Source: Amoebophrya sp. A120
Lineage: Eukaryota; Protista; Dinoflagellata
DNA length: 64,000 bases
Assembly: GCA_905178155.1 (NCBI GenBank)
Contig: CAJINV010000006.1
Coordinates: forward strand, 502,398 to 566,397
Direction: 5' to 3'
The position numbers and the translations under genes were made by a program. Each line of letters starts with the position of its first letter. Position 1 is the first letter of the stretch. A model generated the notes under the pieces. That model saw only the letters and a program-made list of their open reading frames with translations, was not told the origin of the DNA and made no database searches. Positions 1-12,138 of the stretch are shown here, in pieces.

Positions 1-214
1 CCAAGGCGGTTCTAGGAACCGCGACTTCGTCCGCGGGAGTCGTGGACGTTGTTGTCGTCGAGGTTTTATTTGCCGTACTACTAGAAGTCGCCTGGTGGTT
101 GCTTGCTGATGCTGATGCTGTGCCTGCTGTTGAAGAGGACAGGAGTTGTCCTGGCCGAGAAGTCGCGTGCCGCTGCGCTTGCAGCCGGCGGTATTCCAGC
201 AGCTGTGGGTCCAT
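1..214 (-). CDS. 5' part of a hypothetical Ser/Thr-rich protein (MDPQLLEYRRLQAQRH...), runs off the window
   Basis: ATG at 214, frame open to base 1, same orientation as all other genes. Confidence 0.55.
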   Translation of the reverse strand, partial: MDPQLLEYRRLQAQRHATSRPGQLLSSSTAGTASASASNHQATSSSTANKTSTTTTSTTPADEVAVPRTAL

Positions 215-984
215 TATTGAAGTGAGATTTTTGCCGCAGATTGGGATCTTCGTGTGCGGATACTTTCGGAAAAGAAAAGCCGGCAAATCAGATTCTGATA
301 AATAAGGTTAAGTGCGAAAAAGAAAAAGTCAAATAAACCGATCTAGAAAAAAACGGAGACTAGCGCGAGAAGCTGCTTAGTTCTTGCACTTGCTCTTGGC
401 AACATCACGCCATAAAGTCGCTGTCGCGCCTACGCCTTCTAGTACAGGATAATACAAGAACTCCCTAAATGAAAAATTTTGTACGTAACTATTTCTGTTT
501 TTCCCGTTCAAGCTGGCACCGCCACTGTTCTTTCAAGACAGAAACGAAAACGTATACTACTACTCCTGCTTCGTATCTATGTACTGCCTGCGCGTCGTGT
601 GCTAGCGTATAATCTGGGTCACGGCGTACCCAGCAATCTGCCACAGCACGCTTTGTTCTTTCGGAGGCAGAAATGCATTCACTTCAGTTGCCGCAGCGAC
701 CACAGAGATGCAGGCGACCTACGAGAATTTTACTGTGATCTTACGAGCCTCCTCCGAAAAAAAGAGGTCAGTGCACGGAGCGGTGAACACGCTTTGTGCC
801 CTTATGCGTATGCTCCTGGTGTCATAGTTATAACAATCCGCGGGCACTACAATTTGTTCGGCGGCTTTGCTGTCTGGATCAAGCTCGAAAGCATCAGATG
901 GAAGAAGCGAGTTCATTTTGCAAGCCCGTCTCGGCGTCGCAGCCTCCACACAGGGAGAAGAGATGGGTGGCGCAAGCAACAGCG

Positions 985-2745
985 GCGGCGCGGCGTCCGG
1001 GCTTAATCAATCAAAGTCCAGGCCCGCGCATGCCGGAAATATCGAGAGGCAGACGAAGGGGGCGCGCGGCCTGCCAAACTCGAGCAAGGGACCGCGCAGG
1101 GCGGTAGGCGCCGGCCACGGCCGAAACCCCGGCAGATAAATCGAGGGCGCAGCCCTGTGGCCTTCTGGCCACACAACGAACGCGCCCGCGCAGGCAGGGC
1201 CCCAAAGCAGCAGCGCAGGGGCCTGAACTTGCTGCGGGGCGCTCTTCTGCATGATCGGAAAACGAAAAGCCGCCAGGGTTCGCGACGTGGTCGACGGTCG
1301 TGGCTGGCCCGCCGGCCCATCGTTCGCCTCAATCCTCGCCACTGCGCCATCAAGATGCTGGGCCAGGGCGGCGGCTCGTTCGCACGCAAAGGGGCTGCCG
1401 GCCCCGCTTTCATTCTGGGCCGGGCCGGCGGGGGCGGGCCGGCCGGACGCCAAGCCATGCCGGCGGGCAATAGCGGGCCAGAGCGGCGCCGGCTAAACGC
1501 GCAGCAGCCGCAGCGCCGAGGCACTCCGCGCAGCGTGCGGCGCAGGATGGCCCTCCGCGGCGCCGGCCGGCGGCGGCGCTTCCGCCCCCAGCTGTAGCCG
1601 GGCCGGGCTTAACCCAACCACCGCCGCCGAGGCCCGGGCGGGAATCGCCTGCCGCGACCGCTTCGCCCGGCCGCGGGTCGAGGGCTTGCGCAACTTCCCC
1701 GCCGCCTTCTTCCCGCGCGCCGGCCGCGCACCGATCTGGCTGGAGCGTGGTTTTTCATCGTCGCAATTCTGCATCGTCGTCAGCTGTAATCTTGCATCAG
1801 GCCCGCCACAAAGCAGCGCAGCGACGAAACACCCGCGGGACCGCGCTACTGCGCCACCTGTCGCGGCCAAAATTCGCTCCCAGGCAATCGGCCCCCACGA
1901 GACAGAGCAAGCCGCGAGGCGCTCGTCAACTGCGCAACCTACGCTGGCCATCGTGCTGCGTGGCCCCATACAAATACGCGCCCGCGACGTTTCGGAAAAA
2001 GATAGCGAAAGGCGCTGGGCATTGCCCCGGGACCGGCCGCCCGGGGCTGCTGGCTTACTGGCCGCACGAAGCCACCGCGCGCCCGCCCTGGCGTCCGCTC
2101 GGCAATGATTGGGGGGGCCGCCCCTTTCTCCCGTCTCGGGCCCGGGCCCCTCCTTATCAGGCTCGGGGATGTCGCACGCAGCCAGTTTCCGAGTGGCGGG
2201 GCTTCGGGTGCTCGTAATCGTCTGCACCCCCGGGCCAGTCTGCCTGCTCTTCGGCGCTGTTCGAGTCGGACAGTTGGCAGGCCTTGGCGATGTTCCTTAT
2301 CGCCTCCGGAACGTCGCCGATCGCCTGGATGCCCTTATACCGTTCCGAGGCAGCTGGCCCGAGCGAGTCGAGCCGCTCCTTCAGCGCCTTGCTCATTAAC
2401 TTCAAGACGTCCTCGGCCAAAGCCTTCTTCCATCCAAATGGCAGCTCCCGCGATTAGCCGATGGCCATCCCGCCGTCGGCCTCGATCTCCATCTTCCGCC
2501 CCGCGCGCCGGCACTCGGCGCCGCGCTCGGAACTGGTCGCAGCCAACAAGAAGGCCGGGGCGCGTCGCAGTGCGTGACCAGTGGGCCGGAAAAACGGAGC
2601 GCGCGCACAGGTCCGCCCAGGCTGCTAGAACGCCGGACCAGCCCGGTCGCCTGCCATCGAGTTCCGCCCGGCCTTCGCACGGCCTGCGGCCGCAGCCTTG
2701 TGGCGCGCGTCAATGTGCGCGCCGGCTACTGCTTTGCGCTGGTTA
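985..2745. repeat. GC-rich island, probable decayed mobile or repeat element
   Basis: Abrupt switch to very high GC, only broken ORF fragments; boundaries approximate, no TSD found. Confidence 0.45.
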
Positions 2746-4519
2746 GCAAAAAAAAGGCTCACGTAATCCCATGTCGTGATCAGAGTAGTAGTTCCGTCCT
2801 GCACCGTGCAGCTTCTTGGTGAACACAAAAACTTTCCCTCGTACGCACGAGGGGAAATCTACTGCTTCACTGCCACTGAGTGTCGGCAGTGCCCGCTTTT
2901 ATCGTTGTATTTTTCTATCCATTCTTGTCGCGGTGCACTCCTCGTGTCATATTGAAATGATCGCCGTTCATTTTCTTCTAAGGCTAAAACCTCCAAAACC
3001 CCTCCTTCTTGTTCATTAATAAATACCTCCGTACTAGTAGTACGGTGCCATCTTGCATGACTCAGGCCCTGCATCTCTACGATATATATTCTAAGCATCT
3101 ACCTGCGCCGGGGGCCCGAGCTACATACATGGCGAACAACCACAAAAATTGCAATATCAACAGCGGACAAAAAAAATTTTGCTCAGAAGTAAAATATAGA
3201 AACCGTGTACGAAAAGTGCTTCTAGGAAGCTCAATCGTGGTGGAGCTGCGATGCAGCTTCACTCAGAATACTGTAACTATCGGTAATGTTAAAAAAACGA
3301 GCCTTCGCGGCCACTCGAACTCGATATTATATATTTAGCTGATCTAATGTACTGATAAAAAGCCTAAACCACCGTGCCTGTGCTGTAGAAAATAGGTAAT
3401 ATTCTCTGAAGTGCAACAGCTGCCTTCCGCCACTCAGACACTGCTGCTATTCCTCTACCTCGTGTTCCCTCTCACGACGAGAAACACCACCACATTACAC
3501 CTCCACAACTAATCCTGCTCCACACCTCCGCCCCGGAGAATCAGTTTCCAGGCTGCCCGAGGAAAAGACTCTGTTCAACTTTTTCTCGTCCCGTCAGAGC
3601 CAGCAGCTGCAGGGGAAGTTGTGTGGTTGAATTCCAGCAAGCTGCTAGGCGGTAAGTAGTTGCAGAAAGGGAAACAAGTCGGCCTTCTTTGGAGTTGTAG
3701 TACGCTCGTGTTAGTTTCCCCTCTTTCAGCGGACCTTCTAAGTAACCTTTCTTGCATCAACTCTCCCTACGTGCGGCGCAGGTGTAGAAAAAGAAGTTGC
3801 AGTGCCACTGCTGAGAAATTTGTTGCAAGAGCTTGTCGTAGTTTTCTATCTTGAAGTTGCCGAGTCGCCGGTCCTGCTCCGAAATTTATCGGGTTATTTT
3901 AGGACAAGCGGACTCGACGTTTTGATGTTGTTCGTCGCACGTTCATTGTCATTGTGTCGTGTAGAAGCACACCGATTGTTTGGAGGATGACATCCGTCGT
4001 CCGTCGTCGTCCCCACCACGGAGGTGTAAGAAGTTACTTACTTATATATACTTACGCAGGTTGGTAAAAATACGAAAAAAAAAAACTCGTTTGTTCGTCC
4101 TCCCGAATCGTGCTGTTGTTGGGCGCAATTGGTGCACTTCGTACTTGAAGACGTGCCGGTGGAGAGAGAATTTTGATGTTTTGTGCTAGTTGTCCTGCGC
4201 ATGATTACTTGTACTGCATGATCATGAGCCGCATTGCCATTGTATGTCCGCTGCAGTTTGTGCATCACAGTCCGTTTATTTCGCTTTCCTGTAAAATCGA
4301 TAAATTAAAAGCTCGTCGTTGTTGTAGAACTTCGGGTAATCAATGTAGCTGCGAAAGCACTATTTTCCCGCCTTCCACGATGTCCACCACGCGCGAACTC
4401 CTCTACTTCTCCGATGGACGTTTAGCGCAGGACGTTGATGTAACTGTGCAGCTTTGAAGATCCAATTCTAGTTGTAAAAAACCCGCTTTCTTGCTATATC
4501 GGTAGTGTACTTCTTATTC

Positions 4520-7500
4520 TCAATACTCCTGTCGACTCAGCACCGACTGCGGGACCATCATATGTCGTACCTCTTTTGGCTGACAGGTGATCACCTCGAG
4601 TCGCACCTGAGTTTCGTTCGAATAATATTCCTATGCATCGCAAATGTGTCTGGATCTGGAAAAGTGCAACGTTTGTCATGCACGTTTTGCATGGCGTGTG
4701 AGGTCTGTGATGCATGCCCTGGCATCACAGATTCTGTGAGATCTTTGCCATGCCTTTTCCGCATGAGAAACTGCGTCTCGGCTTGCTCAAAAGTGCACAG
4801 CTTTATTGGTAATCATGCAACACAGATTTTTGAATGATTCAGACTTAGCATGACAAGTTGTACTCTTCCAGACCCAGACATATTTGCAGTGCATAATTCC
4901 TCTTCGTTCAGCTCGACTCTCGCCCAGGTCCGCAGAAGACTCCGCTCCGTCCGGAATTCCACGCGTGGTGGGGATGTCATTTTTTCTTTATTTTCCGCCT
5001 TTTGGATACTATCCGAAGGAGGTGGAGACGGCGCTGTCGAATCGCGCTGCCGTGGTTGATGGCCGCCGGTTGGCCAATTGGTCAAGTCAGTAGTACTTCT
5101 GCTCGGCGCGGCCAAAGATGAAGTTGTTGTCGTTAAAAACTGCGATGTTGAAGCTGCTGATGCGGGTAGTTGAAGTTGTTCTTGCTGTCGATCAACATCA
5201 TGTTGTCCTTGTTCTACTACTCCGAGCGACAAATTCCCGGCGCAATCCTCAATAAACGTAACAGCAGGCATTGTGGCAGCACTACGACAGGGTAGTGGTG
5301 CTACACGGGAAGGTACAGAAACACTCGTGTCAGGAGCGTACTGATGTTCTACTTCCAGGGCAGGAGTGGGACTGGGAGGTCCTCCGGATGAATCGGAACT
5401 ACTCATAAACGGAACATGAGGTGTGGAAAGGCCGTCGCTGTGCAGGTAGTAGTGCATCTGTTCCTCTTGCTGTGAAGATGTTGTTCCTCCTCCTGCAGCT
5501 TTCGTTCGTGTAGAAGAAGAAGCTGCTCCTGCTGCAGCGTGGGTGTAGTAGTCCACCTCCGCCCCTTGTTTATTTCCCCCGTCTAGTTGCGCAGTTCCAA
5601 CTGTGGGTATCGTATCACTTCGTCTACTATCGTCCCTGTTTACGCTCATCTCCACATCTCCTTCTTCTTTTCGGTCAATTTTCACAGTCTTCGTCTCCAC
5701 CTTCACCCTCCGTTCCAGTAAGTGATACACCCGAAAATCCATCCGTTTCAAATTTCCGGTATAGTAGTCGAACGCAAATTCGAAATGGAATTTGTTATGG
5801 CTGCGAATGTGGAAGTAATGTGCATCCTCTCCACTCGAACCGGCGATAAACGTGGTTTCAAACTCGAAGTGGGGTAGTTTCAGGAAGGATTTTTTGCTTT
5901 CCGCCTGTAGTTCCGAGGATTCCGCAGGTGGGAAACCGGCGCTCGCCGCGGGGACAGAAGAGGAGCTACTGTAGTCTGAAGAACTTCCGGATGTTGATGG
6001 TTGCGCATGATTCAACATATTATCCGGTACTTCTTGCCGCAAAGATGAAGCTGCAGTGGGGATTTCCGTTTGAAAAAATTCCGCGGCTCCAAACTCAAAA
6101 TCAACGGCCGGGTCGATGAATGTTTTGTAAATTTTCACATTCGTTGTTTTTTCTACAATAGTCATACTCTTTCCGTCAAAGGAAACAGTTTTCACTTCTC
6201 CATTACTACTCTCCTGCTGCGAGATGCGGTCTGCGGCGGCCTGCAGCAGGTCGTTTTTGAGCAACACTTATACATTGCAAATAAGTCTGGGTCCTCTCCT
6301 GGATGAAATTTGTGATGCTAAAGTGTGGACGAGTCTAGTGCTTTATTCAAGTGCAGCCAAGCATGACAAATTCATTGGACGCGGTGTGAAGATGCGTAGC
6401 ACGCATGACGAACTAAAGCGTCTTTGCATGCTACAAAAAGGTATTTATTAACGCCTTTATTGCTCGATTACGCAACACAGATTTTTCAGGTATGCTACAC
6501 AGGTAACACACGTTCCACTTTTCCAGACGCAGATCGATATTCGCAATGCATAAAACCTCGGTGACTTCTGGCCGCGCTCGCACCGAGTTCCAGATGGCGG
6601 CCGAGATGAGGGTATGAACTGCAAAAGCATCGCACTCGTAGTAATTGCAATCATGCATTACAAATCTTTTTCTTCTAGGTAAAACCGCATCACAAATTTA
6701 GAGTTCTCATGCTGAGGGAATTTGTCATGCGATTTATACTAGAAGTACGATGCTTTTCCATTTCATAGAGAGAGATGGATTTTTTCGTGATGCGCCACTC
6801 CTGCAGTTTTTGGTAGTAGACACTCGGAGTCATTTGCATCTGCTGCAGTTGCAACACCGGGATGGATTGTTGTTGTTCCCGATTGTACATAGCATTGATT
6901 CCATGATCTTGTTCTCCTGGTGCATCGATTAAATGGTTCATCCCAGTTATAATTTGTTGCTGTTGCACACCTGGACCTCCTCCTCCCAAATGCTCTATCA
7001 ATTCCCGGCCCGCAGCGGTCCTCGGGGTTAACGTTCCGCTGGACATCATCGTTCCTTGAAAATAAACCAGTCGACTGTCCTGCACCCGTCCATTCCGAAG
7101 TAATTTCACCTCATCGGCCGTTGTACTAGTCGCGGCTGCACTACTAGTTGGTGCACCTCTACTCATTGTAGCTCTTCCTCGTGGTAGCGATCTGTCCGCT
7201 TTCAAGACTAACCGCCTCGCCTGCCGGTGGAGTATGTGAACGGCAGCTTTCAACCGGTTTCTTGTACTGTGTATGCATGGCAAATAAGTACGCTTGGGTC
7301 TGCTGGATGAAACTTGTGATGCAAGTCAGTCAAGAATAAGTGCACTATAATGAGCCGGGAAGCATGACATATTTTTTCATGCTTCTGTGCTGCGTATTCC
7401 GCATGAGAAACTGCGTTTTCGCATGACATACGAGGGAGGCTGTTTGTGTTTGTGGCCACGCAATACAGAGTTCAGAGTCACGCCAGACTAGCATGACAAA

Positions 7501-10500
7501 AAATCTCGCAAGTTTCCACGCCGAGACATCTTTGCGTTCGATACTGTGTTCATCCGCCACCGCGTCGGAATCCACCTGGCTGATCTGCGTCTCCTCGCTC
7601 GTTTATGGATTGCAAAAGTCTCTGGGCGGTCTGGAACAAAGCAACTTGTCATGCCAAATCTGAATCATGTAAAAATCTGTGTTGCATGATTACCCAGCAA
7701 AGCTGTCCACTTCTCACCGACTCACGAGGCAGTTTCTCATGCAGGATAGGCATGCTAGAACTCTCACAGAATTTGTCATGCTATGTCCTACATACCAGAC
7801 CTCATGGGTCATGGAAAACCTGCATGACAAGTGTGGCATTCTTCCAGACCCAGACATATTTGCATTTGATATCGTTCGCTGTGGAGTAAAAATCGCGTTG
7901 ATCATCATTTTCTGCATTTTCATAACCACTTGTTCGAGGGATGGCGCAGAGCGAACGAGGGACAACTGCAACGGGCACTGCCTGCTCACGGCAGCCGATG
8001 ATGTTGGCAGAATACTGCCACCAACGCGCGTTTGTACCAACCGCTGCCTCAAGAACGCTCCGCGCGTCATGGTGGTGGTGGCGGTTGTGGGGGCGTCGAC
8101 GTCTAGATCCAGCTCGGCTGGATAGTCATCGGAATCAGAATCAGAATCGTCACTTGATGTTGCGGATGAACTTTCTTCTACCACATCCAACATCTGCGCA
8201 TAAACTGGTCCTTGTTCCGAAGAACCCGTACTAGTTTCCCCGGAAGCACCAATTACACCGCTGCTCACGCTCGCGGTTAACGACTCTTCGAAGAATGATT
8301 CATCCACCTCCGCTAGCTTTTTGGTCATCTGGGTCACGAACATTTTGTAGTCCATCGGCGTCCACAGGTTTGTGTTTTGGTTGAGCAAGGTATCTAAATA
8401 AGATGTTGAACCCGCGTTGTTCGCCTTCTCGACGTCTGGCCTATCGGAAGAGGACGTTGCTCCAGAAGATGACGCTGCGCCCCCGTACACGATCCTGGCC
8501 GTTCCTACGAGCGAGTTGAAGTCTTTTGCGGTTAAGTATCGACAAAGAAAAAAACTGTGTAAGTGTAAGTCTGTCATGTTGGAAGGCTAAGGGCAGGGCG
8601 TCCCCATGTAAATTATTTCGACAAACAGTAGCCGCATACCCGGTAAACTCTAGCGGAATTTATTGGGCAGTGCGATTTCTACCGAAGAACAACCACAGCA
8701 TCTACTGGGACGGCTGCGACGAAAGATGTGTGGGTGCCCAAGTAGAAATAGTTCTGCGCAACGCCATCAACTAGCACCGAGGGAGAAAAAAGAAAGGTAG
8801 AAAAGTGAGAAGCGAGATACTAAGACACAGCCCCACTTACGAAAGAAACACCCTAAAAAGTGGACACACCTATGCGTAGCAGAGTAAAATGTCCTGAACG
8901 CGGGAGCGCGCGCATGAAGAATCAAGCAAGGACGTGCATGCAAATGGCCGAGCAAGTAAATATATGTAGAGAGTGAAACTCTGGTGAAAAAACGGGCAAG
9001 CAGGAACCCGGATGGACAAACGAGAACATCATGACCAAACCAAAGACCACAAAAAGCATGACAAACTAGGCCAGTCTGCTACACAAGGTGAAGCCAGGGT
9101 GGAATTTAGATGTAACCCTGAACGGTAAGCCCATAAAAAATCTAAAGCTCTACACAAAATTCTATCACTAGACCGGTCAATCCACTTCTGCCTGTACCGT
9201 CTCTAACTCGATGGTTTTCTCTGCCACCCTAAGAAGTGGCAAGTGAATGCATGTCATGCCAAGTAGAGACCACTACGACGCGCAACAGCGGCGCAAGCCA
9301 AGTTTTCATTCCCAGAAGGCAGGAGCCCTCGCATACAAAAGTGCCAGTAACCCTGAACAACATACAAAACAGACAGCCGGGCTGTAGAAAACAACAAGGG
9401 AAACTGGCAGCGGGAGGGGAAGAGGAAAACCTAGTGTCGTAGCTAGTCGAGAAAACCGGAGGTAGAGTGCTCGCTATTTTCCGCGTCTTAGTTGGTTGCT
9501 CAAGGGTACAGGCGCCGGCTCCACCATGAGCAACCACGCGAAAAATACGTGGATATTACTGTTTACTATAGTAAAATATAGTTCGAACTTATCTACGTCA
9601 TACAATCATATTTATATAGAAGCTAATAGAGATTCTCTCAGAAAACCAACGCTCTCAGTGTAAGTCAGAGATTCTCTCAGAAAACTAAGTGTAAGTCTGT
9701 CATGCAAAACATGCAACACTGTATACATTTGTCATGCTAGCCAGCCAAGCGAAGCGAAATTTGCATTTCTTTGTCATGCAGAACAAATTTGTCATGCTGT
9801 CACCCGAAGACACCTACACTAACACACTTTCTTCTCTTGCATATTAGGAGTCGTTGGTTCATCAGCTTCACCGGAGGGGGAGAGGAGGTGGGACATCTGT
9901 TATAATCGTTCATCTCGCAAAGGAACACCCCGGGCGGATGCTGGCCGGACCTGCAGGGACCGTCTTCACCCCTTGATGCGCCACCAGTAGTTCCTGCGTC
10001 CCAAGAACTACTACTAGCATCATCAAAACTTCTTCCAGCCGTAAGCACCGAACTAAAACCCGGGTGAGCATCAACCTTGGCGCCGATCGCACTGCCGCTA
10101 CAAAACGTCGTAGAACTACAGGAGCTACTACTCGCGGTTCCTATGTAGTTGCAAAACCCGGCGGAAATCCCCCCATCTATCAAATGCAAATATGTCTGGG
10201 TCTGGAAAAGTGCAAGTTTGTCATGCTTGTCTCACGTGACTCTTGAACCTGTAATGCGTGAGCAGGAAAAGAGCCTCTTGCCTGTCATGCAAAAATGTAG
10301 TTTGTCATGCGGAAAGCGAAACACAAAGGCGCCCAGAAACTTGTCATGCGTGGCTGCCTATTGCAGTCGTGTCCCTACAATTCATAAAGTAGCATCACAA
10401 GTTTCCAGACCCAGACATATTTGCATTTGATACCATCTTCCTCCTCACAACTTGTTTGTTCCGGAATCGCTTTCGCGAACGCAATTTGGTTATGCAGTGC

Positions 10501-12138
10501 AAAAGCATAAGCATCGTACTACTAGTATAAATTGCATTACAAATTCGCTTAGCATATGCAAATAAAATTTGTAATGCGGATAAACGCAATTTAAGTACGA
10601 GTATTCGATACTTTTGCAGTTCATATTGGTTTCTCAAAATCTGCTCCCGAAATTCGTCCAGGGTCTCGGGAAAAAGGTTGGTCGGGTGGGTTAAGGGCAC
10701 GAAGCTGAACGGCTCGCCGGTCATGGTTAAAATCTTCAGCATCTTGTGCTCGGGGGTGGTCGGAACTAACGTGAACTTAAATGTGTGGTTTACCACGGTC
10801 AACGTCGGGTGGGGTTTGTAGCAGTACTGCTTGTAGAGCTGCTTCTGCATTAGCGCCTCCTGAAACACGTGCTTCCCATTTTCTTCCTCTTTCAATATCC
10901 GCGTGTAGAGGTGGTTCAAGACCGGGTAGAGCAAGTCGTCTTTCATCAAATACGACCCGTACTGCGTGAATTCCCTGGGTAACAAAACCGGTGCCTGCAG
11001 CGCGTAGTTGACGGGCACTTTAAATTGCTGTAACAACTGCATCACCGTGACGGGCGGGTCGTCTAGCGCGATTAACGGCCAGTGCTTCTGCAAAGTGAAG
11101 CCAAACGGTGTCTGCACCGTGATCGCCAACATATTGTCGACGCGGTTCTTGATTTTATGGTTACAATCAAGTTTCGAGATTATGTAATTTGAAGCCGCAC
11201 TGCTTGCTGTATTTCCTTGCAGCATCGTTGTTGTGTCGTTTCCTGCTTCGGTCCGTGTTGGTTTTTGCAATTTCACGCAGGCGCCGCGCTTGAACGGAAT
11301 CCGAGAAGCGTTTTTTCCGCGATAAAATAAGGGACCATTATGCGGTGGCTGCTGCGGTTGCTGTGAAGAAGTAGAGGGCATTTGTGGTTCCTGGTCATAA
11401 TGAACAACATGATGATGCGCCGCAGAAGCGGTATCTACCTCGCGGCTACTGCGTGTGGTGGTCGTCGCATGTGAATTATGTGGCGCGGCTGTGCTTGCTG
11501 AGGTCCTCGCGTGGGAGGTAGAAGTCTCCTGCTGTGATGACTGCGGCTGAGCGGCACCATTGCGGCCCCGTGCAGCAGCTTCAGAAGCTCTACTACCGTG
11601 CTGTCTACCTCCCTTTCCTTTCCCTTTCCCTTTACCAGTTCGCGGCCGGCGATGGAAAAAATGTTGCCCCGCGCCCTGGTTGTTCGCCGAACCTGCTGCA
11701 TTATGCGCAGTACGACGACCGTCGCTGCTTCCAATTCCATACACCGGTGTTATAATTTCGGAGCCAACGAGGAAAATCCACCAGCCCAGGAACGCGAGAA
11801 GGAGGTCGAGGCCGCCACACCGGGTCTATGCATTGCAAATATCCCTGGATGTCTGGAAACTTGTGATGCTGGTTGGCGAATCCTGAGGACGCCACAAGTG
11901 ACGGCTCAGCATGACAAGTTTCTGATCTATGCTAGGTGTTGCGTCTTCTGCATGACAAACTGTAATTCGGCATGACAGAAAAGTGCGGCTTTTATTGGGT
12001 AGCGAGCATCACAGACTTCGGGGTCATGCTAGCAGAGCATGACAGGCCTTCCATTCGTCCAGACCCAGACATTTTTGCAATCCATAAGGTCTTCTTGTTT
12101 CCCAGTGCAGCTGCAGGGCGTACCAGCGACATCAGCAT
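4520..12138 (-). CDS. Hypothetical ~1457-aa protein with N-terminal hydrophobic (signal-like) segment; 10 exons, 9 introner introns
   Basis: Exons 12087-12138,10626-11821,10433-10485,9844-10172,7872-8531,7544-7598,6768-7266,6553-6607,4896-6263,4520-4626 sum to 4374 nt; junctions stay in frame (MLMSLVRPAA...LLLAFLGWWIFLVG...SRQEY*). Confidence 0.8.
4632..4895. mobile_element. Introner family A (TIR ~TATCAAATGCAAAAATGTCTGGGTCTGGAA)
   Basis: TIRs, TSD ATTCC. Confidence 0.9.
6269..6552. mobile_element. Introner family A (diverged)
   Basis: TIRs, imperfect TSD ACACT/AAACC, frame restored. Confidence 0.8.
6613..6767. mobile_element. Introner family F (TIR ~TATGAACTGCAAAAGTATCGTAC)
   Basis: TIRs, TSD GAGGG/GAGAG. 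Confidence 0.85.
7272..7543. mobile_element. Introner family A (diverged)
   Basis: TSD CTGTG. Confidence 0.85.
7604..7871. mobile_element. Introner family A
   Basis: TSD TCGTT. Confidence 0.9.
8537..9843. mobile_element. Introner family E (TIR ~TATCCAGAAAAAAACTGTGTAA) interrupted by a 1.1-kb insertion
   Basis: Left end 8537, right end 9843, TSD TTAAG/TTAGG, frame restored (QRLL|TAKD). Confidence 0.8.
8579..9685. mobile_element. Nested insertion, probably a truncated decayed non-LTR retroelement
   Basis: 19-bp direct repeat TAAGTGTAAGTCTGTCATG at 8560-8578 and 9686-9704; duplicated GAGATTCTCTCAGAAAAC at one end; no intact ORF. Confidence 0.65.
10178..10432. mobile_element. Introner family A
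   Basis: Near-perfect TIRs, TSD CCATC. Confidence 0.92.
10491..10625. mobile_element. Introner family F
   Basis: TSD TTGGT. Confidence 0.88.
11827..12086. mobile_element. Introner family A
   Basis: TSD GGGTC/AGGTC. Confidence 0.88.

Noticed and set aside
719-979. 86-aa ORF as a gene
   Set aside because: Short, no ATG context or domain, abuts the GC-rich island; at most a remnant
1003-2746. Many overlapping ORFs as genes
   Set aside because: Expected from high GC; Arg/Ala/Pro-rich with no recognisable domain
10178-10432. Tc1/mariner MITE with TA target duplication
   Set aside because: The TA belongs to the TIR (TAT...ATA); the true duplication is the variable 5-mer outside it
10395-11744. 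449-aa ORF as a complete gene
   Set aside because: It reads through a stop-free 135-bp element into the wrong frame; it is part of the 4520-12138 gene
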